From Octopus sinensis (taxonomy: Eukaryota), in assembly GCF_006345805.1 (NCBI RefSeq), contig NW_021834945.1, positions 1-44,734 on the forward strand: a DNA stretch of 44,734 nucleotides. Reading direction: 5' to 3'. Under the pieces are notes generated by a model, which saw only the letters and a program-made list of their open reading frames with translations, did no database searches and was not told where the DNA came from. Within the stretch, counting starts at the first letter, position 1; each line of letters opens with the position of its first letter. The position numbers and the translations under genes were made by a program. Shown one piece after another: positions 11,134-22,148 of the stretch.

Positions 11134-11250
11134 CTTTCCCTTTATATATATATATATAAAGGGAAAGTTTACGAAAATAAACAAAAGACGAAGGCAGGTG
11201 GTGTACAAACAAACAGATGTATTAGTATAGCGCTCCGGAATAGAACAAGT

Positions 11251-11286
11251 CTTTTACATTTCGAGCCTACGCTCTTCTACAGAAAG
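11251..11286 (-). ncRNA. minimal type I hammerhead-like motif, variant core
   Basis: Minus: CTTT-CTGTAGA-A-GAGC(GTAG)GCTC-GAAA-TG-TA-AAAG; A6 position is U and the ACGT palindrome reads ATGT. Confidence 0.6.
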
Positions 11287-11718
11287 GAGAGAAACAAGGA
11301 GAGAAAAAATGTGTGTAGTAGCTAACGATCTATCATGGCGTCTGACTCGGACAGAATGATCAGACGGGAAGGTAGGGGTCAAGATGACCTCGTATATCTT
11401 AGCTGCCGTTTCGTATACGAGCAATGCCATCGCTAAATAGAATCATTGAAATGAGTCAATATCAATACACTGTGAGGCCCTTGTATGACTCTTGTATAAT
11501 GCGCACCTGTGGCAGAGGAACAGATGCCACAGTATGAACTCTTTTGATATGCCTTTTCAATCCTCCAAATGAAAGGCACACCTTTTCACATGTTGCACAT
11601 ATTGGACAATAGCCATATCATATATACACACGCGCGCACACACACTTAAATGTAGGTGCTATTAAGTTAGACATGGCCTGGGCCAATACTGGCCAAAACC
11701 TTTCTAAGTTATTTAAGT

Positions 11719-11767
<49 letters not shown>

Positions 11768-11775
11768 AAAGTTAA

Positions 11776-11996
11776 TCCAAACATGAAAACACAAAGAGAA
11801 AACACAACAACGCGAGGACGTGGAACAAGTATAGTATTATTGAACTCTCAGGAAGGAAGGGAAGAAGGAGGGTTTTACGTTTCGAGCGGAGCTCTTCGTC
11901 AGAAACATAGGAAAAGGAAAGATCCAGAGAAGGGAAGACGGAGGAAAAAAAATCGCCAACGGTACACACGCGGTCACATTTTGAATGACCGGAAGG

Positions 11997-11998
<2 letters not shown>
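11776..11998 (-). mobile_element. short non-coding ribozyme-bearing insert flanked by (TA)n
   Basis: Unique ~220 bp between (TA)n tracts at ~11720-11762 and ~11999-12026; contains the hammerhead at 11872-11906. Confidence 0.6.
11872..11906 (-). ncRNA. minimal type I hammerhead ribozyme, intact core
   Basis: Minus: GTTT-CTGACGA-A-GAGC(TCC)GCTC-GAAA-CG-TA|AAAC; stem I GTTT/AAAC, stem II 4 bp, palindromic ACGT stem III, GUA triplet. Confidence 0.8.
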
Positions 11999-12028
<30 letters not shown>

Positions 12029-12375
12029 CCTTCAATTACACCAAGTAGTAATGAAGGGTGTACTTACTTACTTATATATATATATATATATATGCTTTTT
12101 TTCTCTGTGTATGCATTTGCATCTGTCTGTTCTCTGAGTATAGATGTGTGCATGGAATTCCACAGATGATTGATATTTTGTTTGTATTTCAGTTTAGGCA
12201 GCGCTCGTGTGCTTTAGCGTCTGTCAATATATAGTTGTTTATGTAAACACCAAACTTTGTGTATGAGAAAACTTACTTGTTTGTATGTCGACATGAGTGT
12301 ATGTACTTATGCTTGTATGACTGCATATCTACATACGTGTCTGAGATAGAGTATATGCTTACATGCGCTATATCT

Positions 12376-12550
12376 GTATGTATGTATGTATGTATGTATG
12401 TATGTATGTATGTATGTATGTATGTATGTATGTATGTATGTATGTATGTATGTATGTTTGTATGTTTGTATGTATGTATGTATGTATTATGTATGTATGA
12501 ATGTATGTTTTATGTCTGTATGTATGTTTGTATGTCTGTATGTATGTATG
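12376..12550. repeat. (TATG)n microsatellite
   Basis: Direct. Confidence 0.95.
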
Positions 12551-12552
12551 TT

Positions 12553-12760
12553 AGGTCGCTCTTGAGTGCTACTGGTAATATGTAATCCAGTACAACCTGT
12601 CGCATGGTCGGGTTGTCGTCGACTAAACTAGCAACCCCACCAGGCTTGCTTGGTGAGAAGGGTGTTGTTGGGCACACTGCAGGATGAAAACTAAGACCCG
12701 TCAAAGGGCAGAGGAACTCCTGAACAGTCAACGGCCATCCAACAAAATAACTGTAAATAT
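12553..12760 (+). mobile_element. 5' fragment of an interspersed repeat, probably RTE-leader-derived
   Basis: Aligns with the reverse complement of ~27190-27395; both copies start right after (TATG)n. Confidence 0.7.
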
Positions 12761-13106
12761 GTATATATATATTTTTATATGTATATGTATATTTTCACTT
12801 TTATATATATATATATTTCTATTTAAAATTTACTTTATATTTTTTTAATTGCATATCTTTTATATATTTACATATATTATTTATATTTAATTCTTATTTG
12901 TTATTCACACAGCGTGACTTTTTTTTATATATGTATATTTTTACTCTTATATACATATATTTTTATTGCATATCTTTTATTTTCTTTATATTTATATATA
13001 TCATTTCTTATTTACATTTGCAAATCACATACATTCCTTTTCTTTTGTAATTTTTTAATGTATGAACGAGCTACTCCGCATCTGTCACCGGAATGATATT
13101 TGATCA

Positions 13107-13330
13107 CTTTATAGAGTGTTTGAGTGTCAGTATGGTGTCTGGAATGGGATAGCTTACCTCATGGGCAGGTAAAAGCTCTTAAACCTTGGTTGGTAATCTG
13201 CCTAGGAGAAGGAAATCTCCGAAATAAAACCTGAAGCTTTGGAAGTTTCTGGTTTTGTCAATTTTCATGTCACACAAGCCTGGGGACGTCAAGGGAACAG
13301 GTCTGGCTCAACAGGTGTCCCAGTGTATAT
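13107..13330 (+). mobile_element. RTE-type LINE 5' leader fragment
   Basis: Aligns with the reverse complement of 33455-33625 and 33220-33275, the 5' end of the RTE element; carries CTAGGAGAAGGAAATCTCC...AAACC. Confidence 0.8.
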
Positions 13331-13399
13331 TGTTTGCAAGGGCCTGGGGAGAATCATGGAGAGAGGTTTCTGGACAATAAAGAAAGAGGAGAAAAAAAT

Positions 13400-14100
13400 A
13401 AAAACAATAATCAAAATTTAAAAAATAATCAAAACACTAATTAACGAACACCTAGATTCCTTCATAGACAAAGAGAAAGATTATTTATGCAGTTCTGTAA
13501 ACAAAGAGCAATTTCTACGGATTACCTAGAATTTACAAAAGCTCTGAAATTCTGAGAGCCATTAATGAGCAGAAGAAGCAATACATAAAAATGCTAAAAC
13601 CTACTGACCTCAAAATGAGACCAATAATGACCAATAGTTACTGGACCTCAAGCACTAATACAACAACTGAGTCAGTTTTTGGACATACTCCTAAAACCTT
13701 TATGCCCATTAATACCCAGCTATATACGGGACAGAATAGATTCCCTCCAGCACATTCCACCCCCTGTACAAGAAAGTGCTATACTTACAAGCTTTGATGT
13801 CACCAATGTTTATACCAATATACCTCACACTTTAGGCCTGGAAGCAGTCAAAACTGGGTAGAGAAACATAAAGGACGGATAAATGAACGCTTCGAAACTG
13901 TTTCTATCACCAAGGCCACGCACCTAGTACTAGAAGAGAACACAAAGGTGTTCTATAATAAGATATATCGATGGTGAAAGGGCACAGCTATGGGGACAAA
14001 GTTTTCACCCTCAAATGCTATACTAGTCATGGGATACTTGGAAGAAAAGCTTTGTGACGAAGAAGAGGGAGCTTTTAAAAAGAATTGCAAGAAATACATC
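13400..14100 (+). pseudogene. Penelope-like reverse transcriptase fragment (N-half, decayed)
   Basis: FYGLPRIYKS..LRAINEQKKQYIKMLKPTDLKMRPI; LDILLKPL..IPSYIRD; ILTSFDVTNVYTNIPH; GTAMGTKFSP..AILVMGYLEEKL; breaks at KKYI, i.e. at the Y-x-D-D motif. Confidence 0.88.
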
Positions 14101-14103
14101 ATT

Positions 14104-14331
14104 AAAAAGTGAAATCAAACAATGATAAATCTCAGAGCGAGTTATAAACAGTAGCGGTAACACTAGTGTGTCTATAGCCAGCTGGAGGAGATATCTTCCT
14201 GGGGCTACAAACTACAGTAGTATCCACCCTTATGGGTTAGCCATATTCAAATGGCAAATATGCATCACGATGTGTCACCGCTACTGTTTATAACTCGCTC
14301 TGAGATTTATCATTGTTTGATTTCACTTTTT
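14104..14331. repeat. inverted repeat, 60-bp arms, 108-bp spacer
   Basis: 14104-14163 is the reverse complement of 14272-14331 with 1 mismatch. Confidence 0.95.
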
Positions 14332-14616
14332 CAATATCAGTGTCAAATCGACACTGGAAAAAGTATATGTATTTGTGAAGGGATCTGACTTCTCATCGAC
14401 AACCATGATTGTCACACGCTGATGAAAGGTAAATACCTTGAAACTCGGGTACGTGTATATCATGTGTTGAAGACGGGGAGGATGACTCCCCTTCACAAAT
14501 ACTGAGAGGACACAGATAGTGTGTCTATAGCCAGCTGGAGGAGATATCTTCCTGGGGCTACAAACTACAGTAGCATCCACGCTTATGGGTTAGCCATATT
14601 TAAATGGCAAATATGC

Positions 14617-14621
<5 letters not shown>
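14164..14621 (+). repeat. 105-bp direct repeat at 353-bp period
   Basis: 14164-14268 vs 14517-14621, 3 mismatches; followed by (TA)n. Confidence 0.95.
14414..14456 (+). ncRNA. type I hammerhead ribozyme, intact core
   Basis: ACACG-CTGATGA-AAGGT(AAAT)ACCTT-GAAA-CTCGGG-TA|CGTGT; predicted cut after 14451; stem II closed by A-U rather than the usual G-C. Confidence 0.82.
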
Positions 14622-14666
<45 letters not shown>

Positions 14667-15518
14667 GTGTGTGCGTTGGTATATGTAAATATGAGTGCAA
14701 TATAATAATTTTTACGTGCGTATGCGAGTATATGTGAGTTTGTGTGAGTGCGTGCAAGCATCCTTGTGTAGTATTTATGTAGGTTGTATGTCTGTGTTTG
14801 TTTGTCTGTATGTGTGCGTGTGTTAGTTGATAAAGGATAAAGGAAAACTAACCAAAGATATACAAGAAATAAATATAATACTTTAGACACTGGAAGAGCC
14901 ATTCATGCAGACACACAGGGAGAAAACACACAAATACGCAATAACATGAGTCCAGTATATGTTTGTGTATATGAACGTTCACCAGTGGCTGTATGATATA
15001 AAGGGAACAGATTCAAGAGAATGAGAGAGGGGGGGAGTGAGGAAAGAGTATGTTATAGAGTGAAAGAGAAGAGAGGAAATAGATTGCCTTTCATTGCTCA
15101 AGATTACTATAAACGAATGTGCGTGTATGGTTATTTATACGTGCACACATAAACGGACATTAACATATATGCAAATACATTTATATTTTTACATATATGC
15201 ATATAGATATGGGTATGTATATGTGTATATACAGACAGATAGATAGATGGATAGATAGATATTTACATACATATATATTTAGTGTATACATGTGAGAGTA
15301 TATATGCTCACAAATATCAATACACATAGAAACATAGATATCCTTATGTATATACATATACACTTACATGTATACATACATACATGCATGCATACATGTA
15401 CACACACACATATATATATATATATATAGACATATACATATATATTTGTACATATATATATATACGTCTTTGTAAGCGTGTATGCATATCTATGTGTCTG
15501 TGTAAATGTTTGTGAGGC

Positions 15519-15567
<49 letters not shown>

Positions 15568-15938
15568 TTGTGAGTGAAAACAAATTTAAACGCCCATCTA
15601 TTGCCAAATAGCTACAAAAAAATAAACAAAAACACAACGAAGAAAAGAAACAAATAGCTAACAATGTATATATACACATTGTGCATATATATATATATAA
15701 TGCCATATATATAAATATATATGCGTATACATACATATATATATACACACACACGTACGCACACACACGGACACAGATTAATGTTATCAAGAAAATGGCG
15801 GTTTTTTTTTCATATAAAATATAAAGTACAAATAATACAGAAATCCAATTTTAAAAAAATTGTAAAATATATTGATAAAATTTAGTGTAAGGAAAGCAAT
15901 ATAAATGATATTGTTGACTAGAAGAAACCCGATCCAAC

Positions 15939-16008
15939 TCTTCTTCTTCTTCTTCTTCTTCTTCTTCTTCTTCTTCTTCTCCTTCTTCTTCTTCTTCTTC
16001 TTCTCTCT

Positions 16009-16055
<47 letters not shown>

Positions 16056-16814
16056 TTCTTCTTCTTCTTCTTCTTCTTCTTTTCTTCTCGATGTGTCAAC
16101 AATACAGGGACCTCCATAGAGCACTGGAGGGCAAGAAGCTATCTTTTGACAAGTAGAAGTGTAACAGTAATAACAATAACAATGGCATCGCCGCCGCCGC
16201 CACCATCCCACCCCACCATCGACAGTAGTAGTATCATCATCATATTCATCATCATCTTCATCGTCGTCATCATCATCCTCATCATCATCATCATCGTCAT
16301 CATGGTCATGTAACTTTCTCCTCTTCTGTCTCCTCGCCATCCTGATTTCCGTCATCATCAAAGTTGTCTTCGCCGGGGATGTCGTTCGTTATCTTTATCA
16401 TCTTGACCTTTGCTATCGCCATCATCATTGTCAACATCACCGTTTCAGCTATTATCATCATCGTCATCATAATCATCATCATCATCATCATCATCATCAT
16501 TATCATCATTATCATCATTATCATCATCATCATCATCATCCATGTCATCATCGTCATCCTTGTCATCATGATCTTCATCACTTTCGTCTTCATCATCATC
16601 ATCGTCGTCGTCGTTGTCATCGTCATAATCCTCCTCCCTCCTCATCATCATCAACAACATGATCTCCATCATCTTCAAGCAATATTGTTAACAGTTGACT
16701 TCAAGATCAACTTCGCTGTTACTACCAGTGCCATTATCATTCCCACCATCGCCATCATCATCATCATCGTCATCATCGTCATCGTCATCGTCGTCATCAT
16801 CATCATCATCATCG

Positions 16815-16856
<42 letters not shown>

Positions 16857-17810
16857 CCACCACCACCACCGCCATTAACACCAACGCCATCGTCACCAGC
16901 GTTATCGTTGTCCTTTTTAGTCGCCTTTTATTCCCGTCTTAGCATTTTTACCAACTTCACAAACAGAACAACATCCAGAACAACAACAACAACACACCAC
17001 CACCACCAACAACAACAACACCACCACCAACAACAACAGCAATAGTAGCAAACACAATGACGAGGGCAAGAAACAACTTCCCATCTCATACATAACTGAA
17101 AGGAACAAAATATAAAGTATAATATAAACGCAGGAAATTTTGATGCAATTTATTTCATTATTTTTATTTTAAAGATTTGCTGATAAACAAGTAACAAATT
17201 CACTCACTACAACGCTCACCACATTCACAACCATCACGACGACCACCACCTCCACCACCACAACCAACACAACCGTCAAACTCAGCACTGCTATTCCAAC
17301 CAGCACTACCATCACAACCACTATCGCCATCTCCATCACAACCAGCATCAACATCACACCCAACACCACCATCTCAATCAACACCACCACCACCACCACC
17401 ATTTGCATAACCATCATCATCAACGTTACTAGGTCTAATATCATCACCATCACTACCTCAAATACCACGACTACCATAACCCGCACCACCGCCGCCGCCG
17501 CCACCACCACCATCACCATCACTTCAACCACCACCAAACCACCACAACCACCACCACCAAACCACCACCACAACCACCATCACCACCAAACTACCACCAC
17601 CACCACCACCACCACCACCAACCACCACCAACCACCATCACCAACCACCACTACCAAACCACTACCACCAACCCCCACCACCACCACCACCCCCACCAAC
17701 CACCACCACCACCAACCACCACCACCACACCCACCAACCACCACCACCAACCACCACCACTACTACGACGACCACCACCACCACTGCCATCATCATCATC
17801 ATCAAGCTGT
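15939..17810. repeat. block of consecutive trinucleotide arrays (TTC, CAT, CAA, ACC)
   Basis: Direct; produces the poly-I/M/D/E/T ORFs. Confidence 0.9.
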
Positions 17811-18289
17811 TATTTTCTACTAAAATAAGAAAAATTCAGCCATCAGTCAACGTGAAATCTTTTTGTGATCGCGCTACATGTCTGAAATAGCAGCAAAATA
17901 TCCCTCCCCTTAGATTTTATATCCCTGGTTTCCATGCACATTCGAAGAATACGGGTTAGTCATTGTTGTAAAGCCTTTAATAACAAGGTTGACATACTTT
18001 GGTCTGAACAATGGCAATAATAAATAGTAACGGCACGAAACTATCGGCATCACTGGCACCATTCTATGACAAGACGAGCCTAATTTGCATACATCACCAC
18101 CTCGAACAATACCAAAACATGACCTGTTTACCGAGTGGGTTGACCTGCGAGAAATAATAGCCAAGCACTCAGACTGCTCTGAGATCAGACCCTACATTTT
18201 CAGAGAAAGAACACACCGGACAACCGTCGAAAAAGTAGGTGATCAAGAATGGAACGACTTTAATTAAGTGTTAGCTTGACTACAGCTGA

Positions 18290-18620
18290 CCATCAACACA
18301 TGGTGACAGGGGTACTCCGTCTGTTACGACGACGAATGTTCCAGTTGCTCTGATGAAGAGAACATACTGCTCATGAAATTAGCGTGTAAGTGGCTGAGCC
18401 CGCCACAGACACGTGTACTCTTAACGTAGTTGTCAAGGAGATTCTGCGTGACACACCAAATGGGACAAGTTTGGACCAATGAACAACATACACAATACAT
18501 TTTTCCCAGTTGAGTGGACATTAGGAATGTGAAATAAGGTGTTTCACTCAACGACACAACGCGCCGCCGGGAATCGAACACACGAGTCTTCGAATCATCA
18601 CATGGTGACTCTTACAAAAA
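18290..18620 (-). mobile_element. tRNA-derived SINE family D (central motif shared with family C)
   Basis: Minus: B box GTTCGATTCCC, GTTGTGTCGTTGAGTGAAACACCTTATTTCAC...CACTCAACTG, 3' GTCGTCGTAACAGACGGAGTACC. Confidence 0.7.
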
Positions 18621-19658
18621 TGAGCACGTATATACTATCATACCATATCACAAAAGATTCCTTGCGTTCATATCATCCCGCTCTATTTCACCAGATCACC
18701 TACATCGAAATGTGTAGGACCATATCTTACTTACGATGAAATTTTTGTCACCCCAATCTATACATAACCAAACATACCTATCCCACATCAAATTGTCATC
18801 TTATCACTGATCCTGGATATTATTCTCTTACTTATAGATCTAACTTCTGATCCCAAATGTAATACAGAAACAGATACTAGATCATTCTATCCTTTAGTTT
18901 GTTCATCACATAGTTTATAAAAAATGGAAGGAAACATAAAGTAATCCGAAGTTCTTTGATATATTTGTCAATTTTTTTTTCTTTTAAATATCTCCTCAAA
19001 AATAGAGCACTAATTTTGGCTTAAAAAACAACAAAAATCCCACAATATCTAAGGATCACAGCTGATATATTTTTTATATCATGGGTCTTCAAACTTCAGT
19101 CTCTGCAACACCAGAAACAGCAACAATATCAATAGAATCCACTACAGATTGAACTAACACCTAGTTGCACCGTATGCACATCATTACCACTATTAATATA
19201 TCATGTACTTCACTCGCCACAAGTATCCATAGCCTGATACAAACCACACACCAACACATTCATACATATTTGGGATATCAAAATCAACATCTCTGTTACC
19301 TCCCTTGAAGTCCTACATCATATACTCACCACTACGTACATTCATTTATCATTGGTGATTCACAGTAAGAGAGTGTTGGAGTTACCATAGTATATATATA
19401 TATATATACTACGCGGTTGTGCGTGCTTGTGTGTGCCTGTGTGTGATGGGTGGGATTTTATTGCTGACTAGTTTACAGATTTTAATCATGTTTCGATACT
19501 AGATCTTGTTGAGTACTTTCTGAAAGTGAAAGTGAAAGCCAATTTCTTACGGACACAAGAACAGTATGTATATACGCATGCATATATGTATGTATTTTTG
19601 TATGTATGTATGTATATACGTATGTATGTATGTATGTATGTATATATATATATATAAT

Positions 19659-19700
<42 letters not shown>

Positions 19701-19704
19701 ATGC

Positions 19705-19735
<31 letters not shown>

Positions 19736-20485
19736 CATATATATACACGTTTATATACGTTTATTATTGCTCGCCATTAGAAAGTCGAACGATTTTTGAT
19801 GGATTTTCTAAGCGATAAAATTTGACACATATATGAGCGCAGGCAACATTCCGATTTTCTTTTTAAAAAACAAGTTCAAAATATTTAGTTTTTCGGGTTA
19901 CGTTATATGTTTGTTGGTTTTTATTTTCACGCCATCGTTATTTATTTATTAATTTTCTTTATTTCTTTTTAAAGTTTATTTATTTATTTTGATAGAAAGG
20001 AAAATAGGAATGAGGTGATATGAGGTGAAATTTCCGAGACGTGTTCGATCTCTATCTGATATTATTTTACACATTCTTTCTATCTATCTACACTTATTTT
20101 ATTGCTTATTCTATTACTACTATGAAACATGTAATTCATATTTATATAACAGCATTACACACACCCACACAACCAATACCCACATACACACACACACACA
20201 CTTACATATAAGGATGCATACGCACAAGCATGTATGTATATAGCATACACATATATAAAGGCATACATGTATATAATGTGTCATGTATACATGAAGACTC
20301 ACACACGCTTATAAATACATAAATGCATACATCATTGCATATAAGACTATATTTGGTACATACATATGTGTGCATGTGTGTGCGTGTAAGTACATTTATG
20401 CATGCATGTGTATTTGTGGGTGTGTGTGAGTATTTGTGTGTGCGCATGCGTATGTGTGTGTGTTTGTAATTATCTGCATATACTT

Positions 20486-20702
20486 AAGGCAGCGAGCTGG
20501 TAGAATCGTTACCGTGCTGGGACAAAATGTTTAGCGGCATTTCACCCATTCTTACGTTCTGAGTTCCAATTCCTCCGAGGTCGACTCCTCTTTCCATCCT
20601 TTCTGGATCGATAAAATAAGTACCAGTTGGACACTGTGGTTGATGCAATCGACTTACCCCCTCCTCTGGAATTTCCGGTTTCATGCAAAAATTTGGAATA
20701 AT
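20486..20702 (+). mobile_element. SINE family A, full length, diverged
   Basis: AAGGCAGCGAGCTGGTAGAATCGTTA...GTTCTGAGTTCCAATTCCTCCGAGGTCGAC...TAAGTACCAG. Confidence 0.85.
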
Positions 20703-20737
20703 TATCTGCATATGGCGATTGTGTTAACCGAGGATAC

Positions 20738-20881
20738 GAAGTGGCTGTGTGGTAAGAAGTTTGCTTACCAACAACGTGGTTTCGGGGATTCACTCCCACT
20801 GCGTGTTACCTACTGTAGTTTCGGGTCGACCAAAGCCTTGTGAATGGACTTGGTTGATGGAAACTGAAAGAAGCCCATCGC

Positions 20882-20914
<33 letters not shown>

Positions 20915-21590
20915 GTATGTATAGTATGTATGTATTTGTGCGTCTGTGTTTGTCACCCCACTCCCACCCCACCCCCACCACCATCGCTTGACAACTGAAT
21001 CGCAAGACAAAGAAGTCAACGTATCCTCTGCTTCGTAATTTCATTACACTTTATCAATTATCATATTTTTTTTATATTTTCAAATATCATTTCCAGTGCC
21101 CACCCCCTACCAAACACACACCCAATCCAACCCCGTCCCCTTTCCTGTTCCCTAACCAATCCCTTAATACCCTGAAATCCCAAACAAATAGTCAACGAAT
21201 TCCTTGAGTGACCAAAAATAAAAAAAATCCTTGTCTTTTTTTGTAAAAAGATTTTGTCTTTAAAGTGTTTATTATTATTTATTTATTATTATTGCTAGTT
21301 TTTTAAAAATCTTTTTTTCAAAACAGTTGTTTAAAGGGACAATGGGGAGGGGAGGAAATCATGTTTAAAAGATAATCACATTGTGTGTGTGTGTGTGTGT
21401 GCATTCATAAACAAGTGCGATATATGTGTTTACGTCCCCGTAACCTAGCGGTTCGGCTAAAAGACACTGATAGAATAAATACTAGGCTTGCAAAAATTAA
21501 GTCCTGGGGTCGATTTGTTCGACTAAAGGCGGTGCTCCAGCATGGCCGCAGTCAAATGACTGAAAAAAGTAAAGGAATAAAAGACTAAAA
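20738..21590 (+). mobile_element. SINE family B, halves separated by ~400 bp of unrelated sequence
   Basis: 5' half 20738-21000; 3' half 21405-21590 (GTCCCCGTAACCTAGCGGTTCGG...GGCGGTGCTCCAGCATGGCCGCAGTCAAATGACTGAAA). Confidence 0.8.
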
Positions 21591-21689
21591 GAATTAATGA
21601 ATTAACCGAATGCCGCTCTGAGAATGTTACAGGAATGAATTGCAGAACCACTAAAATGTCGGAAAAAATTCTAGGTTTTTTTTGTGAAG

Positions 21690-21862
21690 TGTCGGAAAAT
21701 ATGCTCTGTGATATTTGTTCCGGCATTTTACGATCTAAGCTCAAATCCCACTGTACTCAACTTCACCTTCCATCCTGCGGCCATCCATAATTTACCACTG
21801 ATCACGTACGAGGTCAATGCCATCGACTATTTCCAAACCCCAAATTCCGGGTACTGGGCTTC
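21690..21862 (+). mobile_element. SINE family A, very degenerate
   Basis: Residual TAAGCTCAAATCCCAC...CCTTCCATCCT...GGTCAATGCCATCGAC. Confidence 0.5.
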
Positions 21863-21944
21863 TGTTAGATAAAGTAAAAAAATACGGATTAGCAGAATTG
21901 TTGTGACCCTTTCGGAACTAGTCGTAATCATCATCCTCATCATC

Positions 21945-22148
21945 ATCGTTAACATGCCGGAAAAAATGCTTGGCGGCATTTCGTCCGTCTTTACGTTCCG
22001 AGTTCAAATTCCGCAGAGGTCGACTTTGCTTTTCTTCTTTTCGGGTTCGATAAAATATATACCAGCTGAGTACTTGGGTCGATGTAATCGATTACAACCC
22101 TCCCTCAAGTTTCAGACATTATGACTATAAGAGAAAGTATTATTATTA
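21945..22148 (+). mobile_element. SINE family A
   Basis: ATCGTTAACATGCCGG..AAATGCTTGGCGGCATTTCGTC...GAGTTCAAATTCCGCAGAGGTCGACTTTGC; TAT-repeat tail. Confidence 0.85.

Noticed and set aside
15851-17573. Long poly-Ile/Met/Asp/Glu/Val/Thr ORFs
   Set aside because: Triplet microsatellites lacking stops by composition.
17890-18290. Complex stop-poor stretch with 60-84 aa ORFs
   Set aside because: No recognisable motif in any frame; cannot call it an exon or a transposon.
18350-18390. CTGATGAAGAG...CTCATGAAA
   Set aside because: Lies within the family D SINE body on the opposite strand; no NUH or stem I/III pairing.
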